Shown one piece after another: positions 1 to 13,443 of a stretch of DNA of 64,000 bases. Position 1 is the stretch's first letter. Every line of letters starts with the position of its first letter. Position numbers and translations under genes: made by a program. The notes below the pieces were generated by a model. It ran no database searches. It was not told where the DNA came from and worked only from the letters and a program-made list of their open reading frames with translations. Source of the stretch: Raillietiella orientalis. Lineage: Eukaryota. Where the stretch lies: positions 434,001-498,000 of the forward strand of contig JAYWIR010000002.1 of the NCBI GenBank assembly GCA_036172245.1. Reading direction: 5' to 3'.

Positions 1-1
1 T

Positions 2-124
2 GTTGACAGGGAACAGAAGCTCCGAAACCTCTCTGACGAACTGCTGCGATTAAACGAGGCGCTGGACAACCATCTGTCGTACATCAGCTTGAAGGCAGAG
101 TACTACCGCACATGTAACAAGTGA
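2..124 (+). CDS. 3' end (terminal exon) of an unidentified gene that begins upstream of the window; coiled-coil-like C-terminus
   Basis: Open frame VDREQKLRNLSDELLRLNEALDNHLSYISLKAEYYRTCNK* with heptad-like leucine spacing and GC3-biased codons. Stop TGA at 122-124, AATAAA at 175-180, then GT-rich sequence. Possible acceptor tgttgacag at 1-9. Confidence 0.55.
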   Translation, partial: VDREQKLRNLSDELLRLNEALDNHLSYISLKAEYYRTCNK

Positions 125-174
125 TGACCTCGTGCCAGAGATCCGCTGATCACACTGCCGACTCTTCATTGCCA

Positions 175-180
175 AATAAA
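175..180 (+). terminator. polyadenylation signal AATAAA
   Basis: Lies 50 nt after the stop of the 2-124 exon and is followed by T/GT-rich sequence. Confidence 0.5.
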
Positions 181-3100
181 GTTTTATGATGGTCGCGCGC
201 GTGCGTGTGTGGCGACGGGGCCTCCTCTATCCTGTGCAGATGTTGGCGTGCCAGGCCTCCTGCGCGCGCGTGCCGAGGGTCCCGTCTTCTGGTCTTATCC
301 GTTGAACTCCCCGTGGGGAGACGGTGGTGTCGAGTGCGCACACTGTGGCTCCCAAAGTGCCCTCACGGCGCCGCGCCGGAACTGCAGAGCATGCTAGGAA
401 GGGCTCTTGGCCTGCTTACACCCGGAGATGCTCGCGCTGCCGTTGCTTAAACTTGCGGAAGAAAGTTGATAGGGGTGAGAGCGAGTGCCGCCATCCCTTC
501 CTCCAGGTAAGAGCTGGTCCGAGGTGGCTCCCAGTCCGGGAAGCAGTGAAAAAAGGTTGTGGCAACAAGACGTCGAGACATCCTCCCGAATCTGCGCAGT
601 TGTCCATTCTGTGGGGACGGCCATCGGTGGGTCTGCTGCCAAGAGTACTCGAAGCAGGGTGCTCAGACACGGACCGATCAGTCCCGCTAACCTGTCATCT
701 CACGGGGTTCTCCTTTGCACCACCCTCTGCCGAGTCGGGCACGCGAGCAGGGAAAGAGTTGAGCAGGAGGTCAGAGGGCGAGCAGGTGGCCCTCCTGCTA
801 GTGGTGGCTGCAGCCCTTGCGGACTCGCGAGCACCCCCGGCATCCACACTTTCTCTCGCTTGCATTTTGGGAGCGAAAGTCCCGCGCGAGAGGCGGGTCG
901 CGTATCTACGTGGCGTGGACGCCGCAGCGTGCCTCTCGGTCTGATGCGATATCCCCGCCTTTTTCATGCTTGCCTCGTGCGTTTCAAGAAGTCTATCTCC
1001 TGCGCGCACTGCAACCGCGACTTACGCAAGTTGCAGCAGCTTTCCGGGAACTCGCGGGCATCGGAAAGAGTGGATCGGAACCGGGAAGCGTTTCTGGTGT
1101 TTTTTGGCCTTCGTTGGGTTTGCGAAACGCGGGAGGGCATCCTTCTAAGTGGACCAGCTCGGAGAAGAAACCTTTGCTCTCCACAGACACCAGCACGAAG
1201 AATTCCGTGGTTTGAATGACTGCTTTCAGATTGATAACTGCTGTAGTCGAGTTTCCAGAGCAGTTCCGTAAGTACGCAGCTGCACAACCAAGCGTACACT
1301 CTAGAATGGGATTCACACTTCCGTGGCACGTGCATGGGAGCTGGGTCATTGCTTGTTCGTGGTACCTATTCCCCAGAAACCGATTCGTCCGACGATGACC
1401 TCAGGTTTCGATTTAGGTCGAGGGCTAAAAGGTCAGTCATGGAATCGAATGGGTTGTACGAGCATGCGTAGTCGCGGCGGTGTTCCTTAGACGCGCGATC
1501 GTTACGTTCCCAACCTTTGGCCTTCCGCATCTGCATTCGCCCGCATCCAGATTCCGCTCCTCATCCTTCAGTTCTCTATCAGTAAAAATCCCTCTGCTTT
1601 CTATGTGCTCCTCTTCCCGGCTCGGCCTCGCCCGAGAGGAGGCGTGCATCCTGCTAGCCTTTTCTTGACTCCACTCGCTCAGCCTCGGAGGTTCGAACTC
1701 GCGTTCTTGAGAAGAGTTGCTCGTGCAAGCTGGAGCAAGCGGAAGCACTCGGCAGCCACCCGTAGGCCACGTGGTCACATGGCAGGAATTCCGAGCGAAG
1801 TGTGTTTTTTCCCGAGGAAACTGCCGGTTGAGGCTGTTGAGGTTCAATTCCGTTTTCCCGTTTGCTGACCCGAGATCCACCTACTGTGTACTTTCTGCAT
1901 CGTTCAAGAGGCACGAGGCGGGTCGACTGGTGTCCTTATCCGCACCACATGACTCGCAATTGGCGTTTGCCGAAGGAGTCTTTAACGTACTCTTGTTTTT
2001 GGAAAGAACCTTGAAAGGCTTTGGATCCTCATGCGAGTTTCCCGACTTTCCCAGCAGCTCTAGGGTGAGTCGTCGCCTAGCATCTGCACTCTGGGATGAG
2101 AATGAAGCGATGTGCCTGGGATGTTTTTTTTCTTCTTTTTTTTGAGGGAGCAAAGGCGAAGGAGCATAAGGTTGAATACCGCACTTTTTGTTCGCATTTT
2201 GATGCCGGATGACTAACGTTGATATTGAGAGATGTTCCAAGATACTTTGCTCCTGGAAGGGAATCTGGTAAATAAATGTATCTAAGGAGAGATCAAAATG
2301 CAGATCATCTTGAAACAACACAGATTTGGTTTAAGAAATTTTCCCTGTCTCGGAAGAAGCGACTTTCTGATAGGTGCGTGGCGCGGGGATATCAGAGGAT
2401 GTCAAATAATTGCTCATAGATTAGGAGAAGCTTCTCGAACCGAGGTAGCAAACTTGGTGTGGCAAGCTGCAGTTCGCGATCCCTCTATTGACCAACCTGA
2501 GAAATGTTGCGGAGGCAGAATAGATGCAGATGATGAGGTATGTCTCGTATTCCAAGAAATCGTTTCAGTATGCGTGGTGCTCAGATTAGAATTGTGGATA
2601 GAGCAAATCTGTGGACTCAATTTATACTGTTTATATTTCTACACTGCATGTGTCCGGTTTCTGAGCTCACCCGTAGTTCCATAGCAGTTCTTCCCTGTAG
2701 CTTTACAGCCAGCTGTATCCTTCAGGCTCCATAACTTCGTCCCTTTCGCACCTCCGCGGTCTTGAAAAACGAGATTTCTCTAAAAGCAAAGGGTACATGT
2801 TTTCTCTTGTTTTCTCTTGTATATCAACATTCTGTTCTTCGGGAGCCATTCTGAATTGCATTAAATGTCCACGGCGGCTGGACTCTGAGAAACCTCGCAT
2901 GAAAACCTGTGAAGGTTCCGGGAAGTCTCTTGAAGAGCCCACGAAAGAATTGCGCTCTCGTCAACGGTGAAACCGAAAGCGAAGTACTGGGAGTGCGAGG
3001 CTGGGCTTGGCTTTCTGAGCAGCATCGCGATGCGCAAGACACGATGGATCTGCGATGGACCGTCTGGTGATCGACGTAAAGTTGCAGTCGCTTCCCCGAT

Positions 3101-4199
3101 ATCCTGGACACAAGGTGGTTTGTGCGTCTTGGAATTCTGTCTGCACAGATGGAGTCGTTCAGTTTCCGGGAAGGACCGCGGATACCGATGCTGGTGAAGG
3201 TGATGCCTGGTCCTTGCATCGTTATCCTTACAGCTAACCTGGATAAGGAGGGGGGAGACTCTTTCAGGTGATCGGGAGGAGTTGCTTGGAGTTCTTGAGA
3301 AGATTAAAGAGTGATTTTTCTGTGTGTGATGTGTCGGCAAGGCTGAAGGATTCCTGCGTAGGTCAAATGGACCCGTTCATCCAATGAGATTGCTTCTGCA
3401 TTAGGAAGGTGCTTGGAAGTAATGGGGAGTGGAAAAATGGAAGCTGGTATGACTCCGGGAAGTGTGGTTTTCAGCAGGGTTGCCGAGCATTTTGCGCGGG
3501 GCGCAAAGAATCATGGCACCTCTGAAAGAAGGTTTCAGTTCCTATTCCGTTACTTGAGGAATTTTTCCAATGCAAAGAGCCAGTTTCCTTTCCGTCGGCT
3601 GTGACATTGCGGAAGGCAGGAGAGCATGCAAAGTAGAATTCCGAGTCCCAAGAGGCAAACAAGAGTTTCTTTTCGCGGAAATGCGGAGGTATTTCCTCCA
3701 AGGAACCCGACTGAGGATGCTGTTTCCACATGAGCGTTGTCGATATGTTTCTGAATACGACAAGTAGTACTCACTATACGTGTACTTCTTCAAGTACCTA
3801 CTTGTGTAATCACCATTCAGTGTGGTTAAAATCTGCCTTGTTACGGTGTTGTTCTCTCAGTCTGTTTTCTCATCTGAGCTGCCTTTGACCTTTTGAAAAT
3901 CATCACACGCGAAAACCGTAACAATTTTTGTTCCCTGGAGTCTTTTCAGCTCGTTGCTTTGGATGGTTCCTTTCCAACAGGGCGTTCCTCGGAGTGTCCC
4001 ACAGTGCATTCATTGTTGATGATGCACTTCTTCAACGACATGAAGGAATCATTCTCCGCTGTCGCTAGATGACCTTGCCTCCCCGGTGTTCTCATTCTTC
4101 TTCAGGTCCTCCGGAAGATCTGCTTCTCCTGCATCTGTCTGTGGCCAGTGTTGGTTTTCTAATTTCGCGTGTTTCCTGGTCCTTCCAGGTTGTGACAGT

Positions 4200-4525
4200 G
4201 GAGCCCTACCATGGGATAGGGTGGTACCTCCCTAGGAGGGTGGCTTCTCCAGAGTGTAGGGAGCGTGCTGCTGCCTTCGGAGGCAACCAGGGTGGAGGTC
4301 GCCCTTCGTAGTTCCCTCCCAAACGTAAGAGGAAAGGACATTCTTTTCTCCAAAATCTTCCTGGATTCATAGGGTGGTCTCTCCGGGGTTTCCCCCTATA
4401 ACCTGAAGAGTGACACGCACCCTCGGGTGGTGTGTCAAAGAGCGTCAAAGAGCTTTGCGAGGTGCCCTCCTCCTCCCCACGGAGGCGAATGGTTCTTCAG
4501 TACTTGACGAACCAAAAGAAAGGAA
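4200..4525 (+). mobile_element. 5'-truncated, internally deleted copy of the SINE-like repeat at 12411-13192
   Basis: 4277-4525 aligns to the reverse complement of ~12435-12665 (shared ctgaagagtgacacgcaccctcgg and ttcggaggcaaccagggtgga). 4200-4280 aligns to ~12829-12885. Confidence 0.65.
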
Positions 4526-4632
4526 ACTTGGGAGAGAGGGGAAAAAAGAGGCATAGTCCTAACTTTGCACACAGAACTGAAACTGTTCTACCTCGTCTCC
4601 ATGGTTATTCCCACACCAGAAAATAGAAATAC

Positions 4633-4989
4633 CAGTGGTACCTCTGTACTCGACGGTTTCGGAACTCGTCAAACTCAGTACTCGTAGCATTTTGACGAGA
4701 GAAAAATGCTTCGATACTCGGCTCATGCTCGGAACTCGTCACTTCACTCTCATGAAACAAGCGAACGCTTTCGTTTCATGGTCTCATGGCGAACAGTTCC
4801 GAACACTTCCATAGAGCGCCACCCGAATCCTTCCTTTTTTGTGTGCTTTCTGTGCATTTTAAGCGTTAATCAGGGTCCTAAAATGGTTAAAAATGATACC
4901 ACAAAGCCTAAAATCGTTCGGTACTCGTATGTTTCGGGACTCGTCACGGGTTCCGGAACGAAGTGTCGACGAGTACCGAGATACCACTG
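4633..4989. mobile_element. pogo/Tigger-like MITE (Tc1/mariner superfamily, non-autonomous)
   Basis: Terminal inverted repeats CAGTGGTACCTCTGTACTCG and CGAGTACCGAGATACCACTG. TA follows the right end and TA(C) precedes the left end. Internal repeats of a g(a/t)actcg motif; no coding capacity. Confidence 0.65.
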
Positions 4990-7651
4990 TACATGTTAAT
5001 CTGCCCCAGCTATTCGATAAGTGTTTGAACTCTTTTTATTTTGACTCAATGACGGGTTATTCCATTCTGTGGAGTCTTGAATATGTGGCTGTCGGGGAAT
5101 GCTTGTAGAGGTGGCGACCTCCTGAAGCCATTCTCCATTTAAAGGAATTCTAAATAAGGAATGAATTACTTCCCTTAAACCATCGTTGGATCACATTGCT
5201 TCCGTGTACCCACTTCTTCACACCCCCGTTTGGACATAATAAAACTGAAATTTCTTTTCGAGCTGCTTCCTGGCTTGAGGACTGGCACTTCGTTTCGAAG
5301 CTGGGAAGGAGAGGGGGCAGAAAACCAGGAAACTGTTCTTTGCGCAGACATCAGCGGAGCATCCGGAATGATATCAAACCGGGTAAAATCCAGATTGTGT
5401 TACGGGACACATCTGGAATTCAGCACGAAACGGGGATTCTGCGTTGGTGCCTCGTGCTCTGTCGTCGGTGCTTCGCGCTTTATGAAATGCAAGATAATTT
5501 CGTGGCTGCAGCATAACCAGCAGCGGTTCCGGAAGGCTCCCGGGAACGTTTTCGTTTGCCTTCTGGAAGATCTTGTCAAGATCACTGAAAAGCAAATTTT
5601 CCAGGAAGAAGGGTTTCGTGACGTGATTTGGATTCACCACCTCAATCACGCCGCATTACACGCAATTAAGTTGGGAGATTCGTTTCGTGGATCAACGTTC
5701 AATTGGTTTTTCGTTTACCCCCACAGCAGCTGAACGGGGGAAAGGAACCCTCTTCAACAGAGAAGGCACCTAAGAAGTCCGTGAAGTATGGTAGAGTGGA
5801 CCAAGTCCTGGACAAAGGACTTCCTCAACAGTGTAAAGTACCACGCATGAATGCAGCGGTGGTCGTCTTCTGCAAAGATTGCACTCATCTTTAAGCCATC
5901 ATTATTTCGAGTTCGTCACCGGCAAACCCAGTGTGTCCAGCACTTTGAACTTTGAACCAGATCAAATCCATGTATCACCGACTCTATCTGATCGCTTCCG
6001 TTTTTTTTTTTCTTCTTTGCCTTGAAAGGTGCTGATTATATAGACAGTGCTTTCCTCTTTATTTCTTAGAGGGAGGTTCAACGCAGATGGCAGGGATGCT
6101 GCCTCGGCATACCAGCGTGCTATTGGCATGTCAAGACTTTGTGGGTTCAGACTGCAACCTGTGATTACAGCTTATGGGAAAAATGACTGCTAAAATACGC
6201 CTCAGCACTCGGTTTTCAACTCGAGCTGTATTCTAATGTAATGTATATTTTCCTAAGAATGTGCATCTGTACACTTCTGATGTTCCTATTGTGCAGACAA
6301 ATGCTCTGGACGTGTCCTCCTTGCGAATGCGGTGGGCGCGACAGCCTTTGATATTTGCCGCCTGGAAAACGGGCAAACGTGAAGAAAATCCTGCAGCGAA
6401 CGTCTGCACCGCGCATCCCGTATTGCATGGATGACGCCTAATTTTCTAGATGTTAGGAAGAACTGCATCTAGAAAATTTGCTTGGCTGCTTAAGCAGTCT
6501 GGATGGGATTACCGCGTCTTCCTGTCCTTTCAATACACAGATGAACCAGCTCCCCCACATGTGCTCGATTGATCCTTTGCAGATAATTGAAACAAGACTT
6601 GCTCTCACGTGTTTTTTTTTTTTTTTTTTGCCCGGAAATCTGGGTCAATCCATGTAAATAAAAGCATCACACTTTCGCATGCTTTTAATCCCAACGAGCG
6701 GAGACGGTGGCGACGAATGCACGGAAGCATCTCTGCAGGGGTGTGCAAATCACCTGGTGTACGCCGTGTATCATTCAAATCAAGCTGTACGTTCCCTCAT
6801 AAACTTTCACGATTCCTGCTAAAATCTACGCACTGCGAAATAAGTGATACAAGCGCTCCTTACATACGTGTGTTAGCACTATTCTCATATGATGGATTTG
6901 CCTTACCACAGATAACTAAGTGCATGTGCAGAAATAAAAAATACAAGTCAGGGTAAATGTCGAAATTCGTGTACGGAATGAACATTTCGACTGCTCAGTT
7001 TGGAACCGTGGAATATCTACTGAAAGGTGCTGGAATTGTACATACGTCATTGCACCCCATTTGTATCCCTATCGTTATGCATTCTGGATACCAGTGACTC
7101 CTAAACTTCCTAGAGGGACGGGATTGTATACTCTGTGATAATGTAAAGGAGCTCCATAAACTACGCGTATTTCGTACACATACCAAGCAGACAAGTGTTT
7201 TGAGCGCTTCTGTTTCGTGTTCCTCTGCACGAATACACTCACCACACGTGTGTCCCGTTTATGCCGAGTGCATTTCATTCGGAATTCATTCTGGTTCAGC
7301 CGTGGGACTCTCATCACTCCCGGAGACCTCATGTTGCAACCATAGGGAATACACCTTTGCTTTAAGAAACGCTCAAAACGGAGCTGCCCGACATTTTGTT
7401 TTTGCGCTGGTTTGTCGGTGTGGGGTTTGCGGATTCGCACGGCGGTTTCCGTACAGCAATGCGGAAAGGAGATCACGAAACGGCAGTGCTGACTGTACGC
7501 GCCTTCTGCCGTAACAACTCCGCAGAACTGGAAGACAAGGAAAGCATGTATTTTTCTTGGGAGCTTCTGGAAACGGGTCCGGGAAAGGAAAGCGCGAAAG
7601 GCGGACTTGGAAACTTGGAAACTGTCTGCGGGAATCGCGCCTGCAGTTCCT

Positions 7652-8066
7652 CTACGTTTCGTTGCAGCGGTCTTCCGTGCAGTTCGTCTTCACAACCTTT
7701 TCCTGATTATAGAGACCGGAATCTGTCTTCACGCCGCCCTCAGCTATAGGATGATGGCATTTGTACTGGTCACACACGAATTGGTATTCCGCCTTCCACG
7801 AGTCCCTCATGATGTGAAATTTTCTCTTCATTCCTCCTGGGATGGTAATATCCAGGAACCTAGAAGTATCCAGCAACCTCGGCATGAGTCAGTTCGTGAG
7901 AGTAAACAAAGAAAGTGGGCTGCAGTGAAAGATTTACATAAGTAAAGTACACTGGGCCCCCGTATGGAAAACATGGCGACTGTCCTGCGTACGGAGAGAA
8001 TGCTCCCTCGAACGACGCTGCGGATGAATTTTGATTTTACGGTAAAGTTCATCTGTTTTGGAAAGA

Positions 8067-8101
<35 letters not shown>

Positions 8102-9716
8102 AACACGTGAATCAAGCAGTGTCGATTTTACTTTATCCAAATTTTCACGAATGAAATAGAGCAACGAGGTTAAAATGGCATCTTCGACAACGAGAAAAAC
8201 CGATCCGACACTATAAAATCGATTTAGAGTTAACAAAACTCTGAAAGTTTGTGCTTCGCTCCAAGCGAAACACTGAACGAACACCTTCAAGTTTTCTTTT
8301 TCTTCCCAAGGGAGAAAAAAAAGCAAAAAAAATATTCTGCCGCCATGACGTTTTCAGGTTCGTTTGATATCTTTTACGGACACAATCACACCTTCCGTGT
8401 ACAACCCACGGGGTTTCTTGCCATCCCCCGCGTTGGTCTAATGTACTTTGCAATCGCGATTCGACTAGGGACGCACCCAGCATCCGTCCGTCCGCTGCCG
8501 CTCTTAACCCTCGGGACGACGTTCGAAAACGGGAGAGAAGGCGAAATTCCACTCACTTTAGGAGGACGTCCAGCCACTTCACTCCTCGCATCATCTGGCC
8601 CATGTCGCAGAACAGGCGCTCCAAGCATTCTTCGCTGGAAGCGGTCTTCGCGTACAAAAGGGACAGACGGTCAATTTCCATCCTGAACTCTTTCATGGGA
8701 TCCAGGTAAGCTGCTCTCCCTGCCCCGCCGGTGATGTTGAAGGCGTTGGCATACAGTGGCATGTACGTCCAGTTGGACAGCCACCCTAGCAAGAATATCA
8801 TGGATACCAGCAGGATCAGGGGTATCACTATGGCCAGGTACGGTCTGCTGGATTTCTCTATCAGCTCTTTGTCTTTCTCTTGCTCTTCCTTGACGGGATA
8901 GTAGTAATAATACACGTTTCCTTGGGCGAGGCTGTTCTGATCGACCGGAGCATCGGGAGGATTTTCGGTTTCTGCTTGACGCTTGGTGTTCAGGGAGGAG
9001 GCGTGCACGGAATACAAAATTCCGAAGAGTACCAGCTGTGCGATAAATCTGGGGGGAATAGGGGAAAGTAAGTGAATCACGTGATTTTTTTTTGATCCAG
9101 AAGGATCCGTCCTTTTCGGCTGGAACTCCTCTTCGGTCCCCGACTTGGGGGACCGAAACGCAAAGCAAACGGAACCCATTCCAGCCGAAGCTGTTTCCGT
9201 CCACCGCTCCTGACTCTCGTTACCAGGAGGGAAGAGGATGCGGCGGCTCCACCGAAAGCACCGAAAAGCAGCTCCTCCTTGTTTCGAGGAGAACTGCGTC
9301 GGTGGCTGGGATCTCCCTTTCCCTCGTGCATCCCGGCGAGAATCAGCGTCAACCTCCGACGCTCAAACCACCACCGCCACCGCCTTCCGGTTTCCCAAGA
9401 CTGCCTTCATCCGGAATGCACAAGAACGAAACGGATGCGCTGCTGCCTCCGTTTTCCGACAAGAGACTGTTGCTTTTCATTTCGTTTTATTTCAAAAACA
9501 AAACCAAAAACGATAAAGGCCGATGATTAATTTTGGTGAGATCGTGGCGCAGATGTTTTTATTTTTGTTTATTCCGGATGGAAAAAAAAAAAAAAAAAGG
9601 ACAGATATTCCGACATGTCAAAGGTAATCTCGACAACACTTATCAAAGTCGTCCGTCGGTCGGGAATGAGCTTGAAGCAATTAATGATAAGGGAAAGTTC
9701 ATTACCTCGTGCGCAT
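7652..9716 (-). CDS. Orphan type I single-pass membrane protein (~236 aa): signal peptide, YYYYYP motif, TM helix, C-terminal Cys domain resembling the arthropod DM4/DM12 type
   Basis: Exons 9716-9706 (ATG CGC ACG AG|gtaatg), 9048-8557 (cccccag|; AA|gtgagt) and 7859-7652 (cttctag|G), all phase-compatible. Protein MRTRFIAQLVLFGILYSVHASS...KRQ...GNVYYYYYPV...RPYLAIVIPLILLVSMIFLLGWL...ECLERLFCDMG...KFLDITIPGGMKRKFHIMRDSW...VCDQYKC...*. Confidence 0.8.
8070..8097. repeat. (CA)n microsatellite in intron 2 of the 7652-9716 gene
   Basis: About 14 perfect CA units visible directly. Confidence 0.95.
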
Positions 9717-12410
9717 GACAGCAAAGGTGTGCGTCCAAGTGCCAAGGTCGTAATCCGATCTTTCAGGCTAGCATGTCAACGAGTGGCTGCTCTTCTGCTT
9801 CGGCGGCACTTGCATGCGTAAACTCAGTTTCGCCTCGAATGCTGCTGCCATGGCCATACAGGAAGTCCTTTCTGGAAGGCAGAGATTGTTTTTCACTTTG
9901 GGAGCGCCGAAAAAGGAAAACGGGCGTCAGGGGGCAGGTCTTTGATGCTCGCGCGGTAAACAACAACCCCTGCGCATCCCGAAGACGATCAGATTGGATC
10001 GCTGTTTTTCCGAGCCTCTCTCCAATGTTTGTTTACGAGGTTTTGGAACGGCGCGCGCTCGCGGTCCTCCGCGCAGCGCCCGCGACTGCCGGCCGCTTTT
10101 CGAAACGGATCCGCCGTTTCGTCTTCCCGTTTTTGGCATCTCCGACGACTGCTCCCGTCTCCCGAGGCGGCTTTGCGCACCCGAGGACGCAACTTCGAAA
10201 GCGTCAGCACTCCCGTGAGGTGACCGCGCGTGGGGGCGCATCGCACATCCCGCGCAAGCTGAGGGTGTCCGATGCGCAGGGGCGAAAGCGCGCGTCGCGT
10301 CGGGGAACGGTTGGGGGAGGGAACGCGCAGGTCGGGGGTTTGGCAGTAGGAATTTGAGCTGGTGGGAGGCCGCGAGTCCCTTCGGACGGAGCTCCTTGTT
10401 TACCGCCAGGAGAGGTGGCCTTGTTTCATGGGGATGAAAGAAACGACCGGGGCAGGGAAGGCTGTTCGATTCAGGCAGCAAGCTTTCCTTAGTCGCTCTT
10501 GGCTCCACCTCCATCCCCGCCGCTCCCCCCATTATTTTCAATTACGCCTGCAACTCGCTGTAGCCCAAGCTTTTTTGTTTTGTTTGTGTGTTTCTCCCCT
10601 GCGAAAGGGGGAGAGAGAGCCTCGGAGTCCGAGGCCTCGGTCAACGTTTCCCGTTTATTAGCCTCGCGCATCACTTTTGCTAGAGTGGACCACTTTCGTG
10701 ACGCCGGACATCTCCCAAAACAATCCCCATCCGCGCAGGAGCCAATTTCCTTGGCGCGAAAAGGAGCATGCAGGAAGCTTCAGACCTCTGTGTTTTTCAA
10801 TCACTCCTCTTATCGGTCTATTTGGATCTTCCCTGGCGCTTCTATCCCGGCTGAATCCTGCTCTGCCTCCGGGTATCAAGAAAGAATTCGGAACGCGGGG
10901 ATCGGTCACACCACTGCGACGTTCTCAGTGCTATTTCCGATGGCAGGTCGCATCCTCAGTTCACAGTTGTAAATTGCATTCCATTGCTGTGAAGTCGATA
11001 ATTACGTCTGCTGCCAGCAATGCAGCTCATTCGCGGTTGGCCCGGCAACGCACACCTGGTGTACTTTGGGCTCATTGGAATCCCGAAGGATGCGCGAGGC
11101 TGCTTCTGAGGGAAACGCGCGCCCCTTTCCTTGAAAATACGAAGCGAATTTTCCGGTTCTGGAATGTCGTCTTCGCACTATTCGCCCATCGCCGATTTTC
11201 ATCGTCTCTGTGGGTTTCTGGTCGATCCAGAGACGGCTATAAAAAGGAGTGAGCGTCCACCGCGGAGTGATCATTGAATTTCCCTTGGTTTTCCTGTTGG
11301 TGCACAAATTTTCGCACTAAATTTCCCCACGTTAGGCCGACCCTTTTGGGCCTGTCGCATTCCACTCCAATAGGATGTGATCGTGAATCACGGAGCAAAC
11401 GGATGCGAGGGATGATGTTTGTCTTGACATGACCTCAAAGTGCAGAGACGGACCTAAATTTTCCAGTGACCATGAGTACTCACAAAAGGGTCCCTCCCAT
11501 TTAGGATGCAGCTCAGGCTGCTTACCGAAGGGAACTCAAAGCCCAACAGTCCGCTATTCACAAAGGACCTCAGAAGCTTAGAATAGCAATGGCTGAATCC
11601 TCTATCCTTCTCTCTCTCTAGGACGTCGGAATCTGCCAGAAGAAAGATGAACAGCTATTCACCACCTTTCTTCCTGTTTGCCAACAGGATGTGCACTGGA
11701 AAATTTGAAAGAACCACAGATCTTGACCCGAGGAAATTAGCCTTATTTCTCTAGGTAAGAGACCCGCAGCATTCAGGCATCGAGGAATCTCCCGATCAGC
11801 ATGCCTTCCCGGAGCAGGAAAAGACGCAACGACCAACGAAACAATTGCTGGAATTCGGCCTTTCGAAGCACTTGGGTCGTGGGGTGTTTATTTCCCTACA
11901 CGAGTATACGAATCACTTTAAGCCGGTCAGTGGACGCGAAGCAACGTCACAGTACTGCAGCCTTGCTCTCAGTCCACAGGCTGTTTGAGCCGCGCTTTCC
12001 TTCGAAAGGGACCATGAGGACGTGGCTCCAGGCAGGAAAGTCGCGTGGATGAGGAGAGTGCATTCAGAGCAAGTTGCCTAAGGATGGGACCCGCGGGGGC
12101 GTTTCAGCAGGCCCCGTTTGCTCTTTTGAAGCTCTGGAGAGCGCTCTGACCTCCGCTGCTACCGAGCAACCGGTAGTTCACAAAGTCGGTCTCTTTGTCG
12201 AAGGCGGATGGAATTCCTCTCAGAGTGGGCTGCGGCACCCTCCAGCCCTTATCCTGCCAAGCCGTGCTCTCCTGCGCATTTTCACTGATGGTTTTTCTTT
12301 TTTTTTCCTTTTTAAAGTCCAGTAGCAACCTCATAAGGAGATCCCTGCTATTGGCCTAGGATGGTGGAAATTCCCTGGGGTTCTTCTGTTTTCGCTGCTT
12401 TCCTTCCAGT

Positions 12411-13192
12411 TTTTTTTTTTTTTTTCGGGTTTTCCTTTTTTTTTGGTTCGCTAAGTACTAAAGAACCGTTCGCCTCAGGGAGCTCACAAAGCTCTTTCAC
12501 ATGGTTCGTGCCAACCGAGGGTGCGTGTCACTCTTCAGATTATAGGGGGTAGTCCCGGAGGAACCACCCTATCAATCCAGGAAGATTTTTGAGGAAGGAA
12601 TGTCCTTTCCTCTTATGCTTGGGAGAGAACCACGAACGGAGCCTTCCACCCTGGTTGCCTCCGAATGGAAACCCGAAGGGACCCTCTTCCTTATTCTCCC
12701 CGGAGGGACCTTTGGAGGAGCCACTCCTCATTTCTTCTCCGGAGGGGATTCGGAAAATTCCTCTCCCTGTTTCCTCCTCTGAAAAGAACCTCGAAGGGAC
12801 GCCTCCCAATTTCTCTGAAGGGCGCTCCCCGAAAGGAGCAGTGCGCTTCTTGCCACTCTGGAGAAATATCGCCCAGCCCCATGGTATTACGATGGAGGGT
12901 CCCTCCCGAGGGTGAGGGACGGCTTCATTTTCACCCCGAAAGGAACCGACTCCTCGAAGGATCCCGGAGGGTCAACCTCCAATCCCGGTCACTCAATGGG
13001 TGGGGCATCCGGTTTCCGAATTCCACCTGTGCCGCACCCGAAGCCTATAAGGTCAACCAGCGTCATCTTTCCCGGGGGACTCGAAACCCACGATGCACCC
13101 ATTTCTCGGAGTCAATCCTTCTCCAGGCTGGATTCGAACCCGCAACGCTTGGTGCGTGGAGACCGCAGCCAAAGGCAACCGCCAACGCGGAC
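12411..13192 (-). mobile_element. Long (~780 bp) tRNA-derived SINE-like element
   Basis: Minus-strand head has a perfect Pol III B box GGTTCGAATCC (13140-13130) and a weak A box. A-rich tail appears as T tracts at ~12410-12445. A second partial copy lies at 4200-4525. Confidence 0.65.
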
Positions 13193-13443
13193 ATTCGCTG
13201 CTCATCTTTCGTTGCGTTGAGGTGGGCGCTGGCTGGCTTTCAACGGCTGCGGCTTCCTCATCTCATCTGGGTTCCCTCCGTCAGCATCCCGTAGCGTAAT
13301 CCAGATTGAGTTCTCAATCAACTAAGCACAAACGGAATCACATTGCTGTCGAATCTCGGCAATGATGGCTGACAGTGGGATAGACTAATTTGAGCGATGG
13401 TTTTTTCTTTTATTATTATAAAACAGGATGACAGCTCTTTCTA

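Noticed and set aside
13120-13192. tRNA-like sequence with a perfect B box
   Set aside because: No convincing cloverleaf or acceptor stem; interpreted as a SINE head. The same applies to the B box near 31590.
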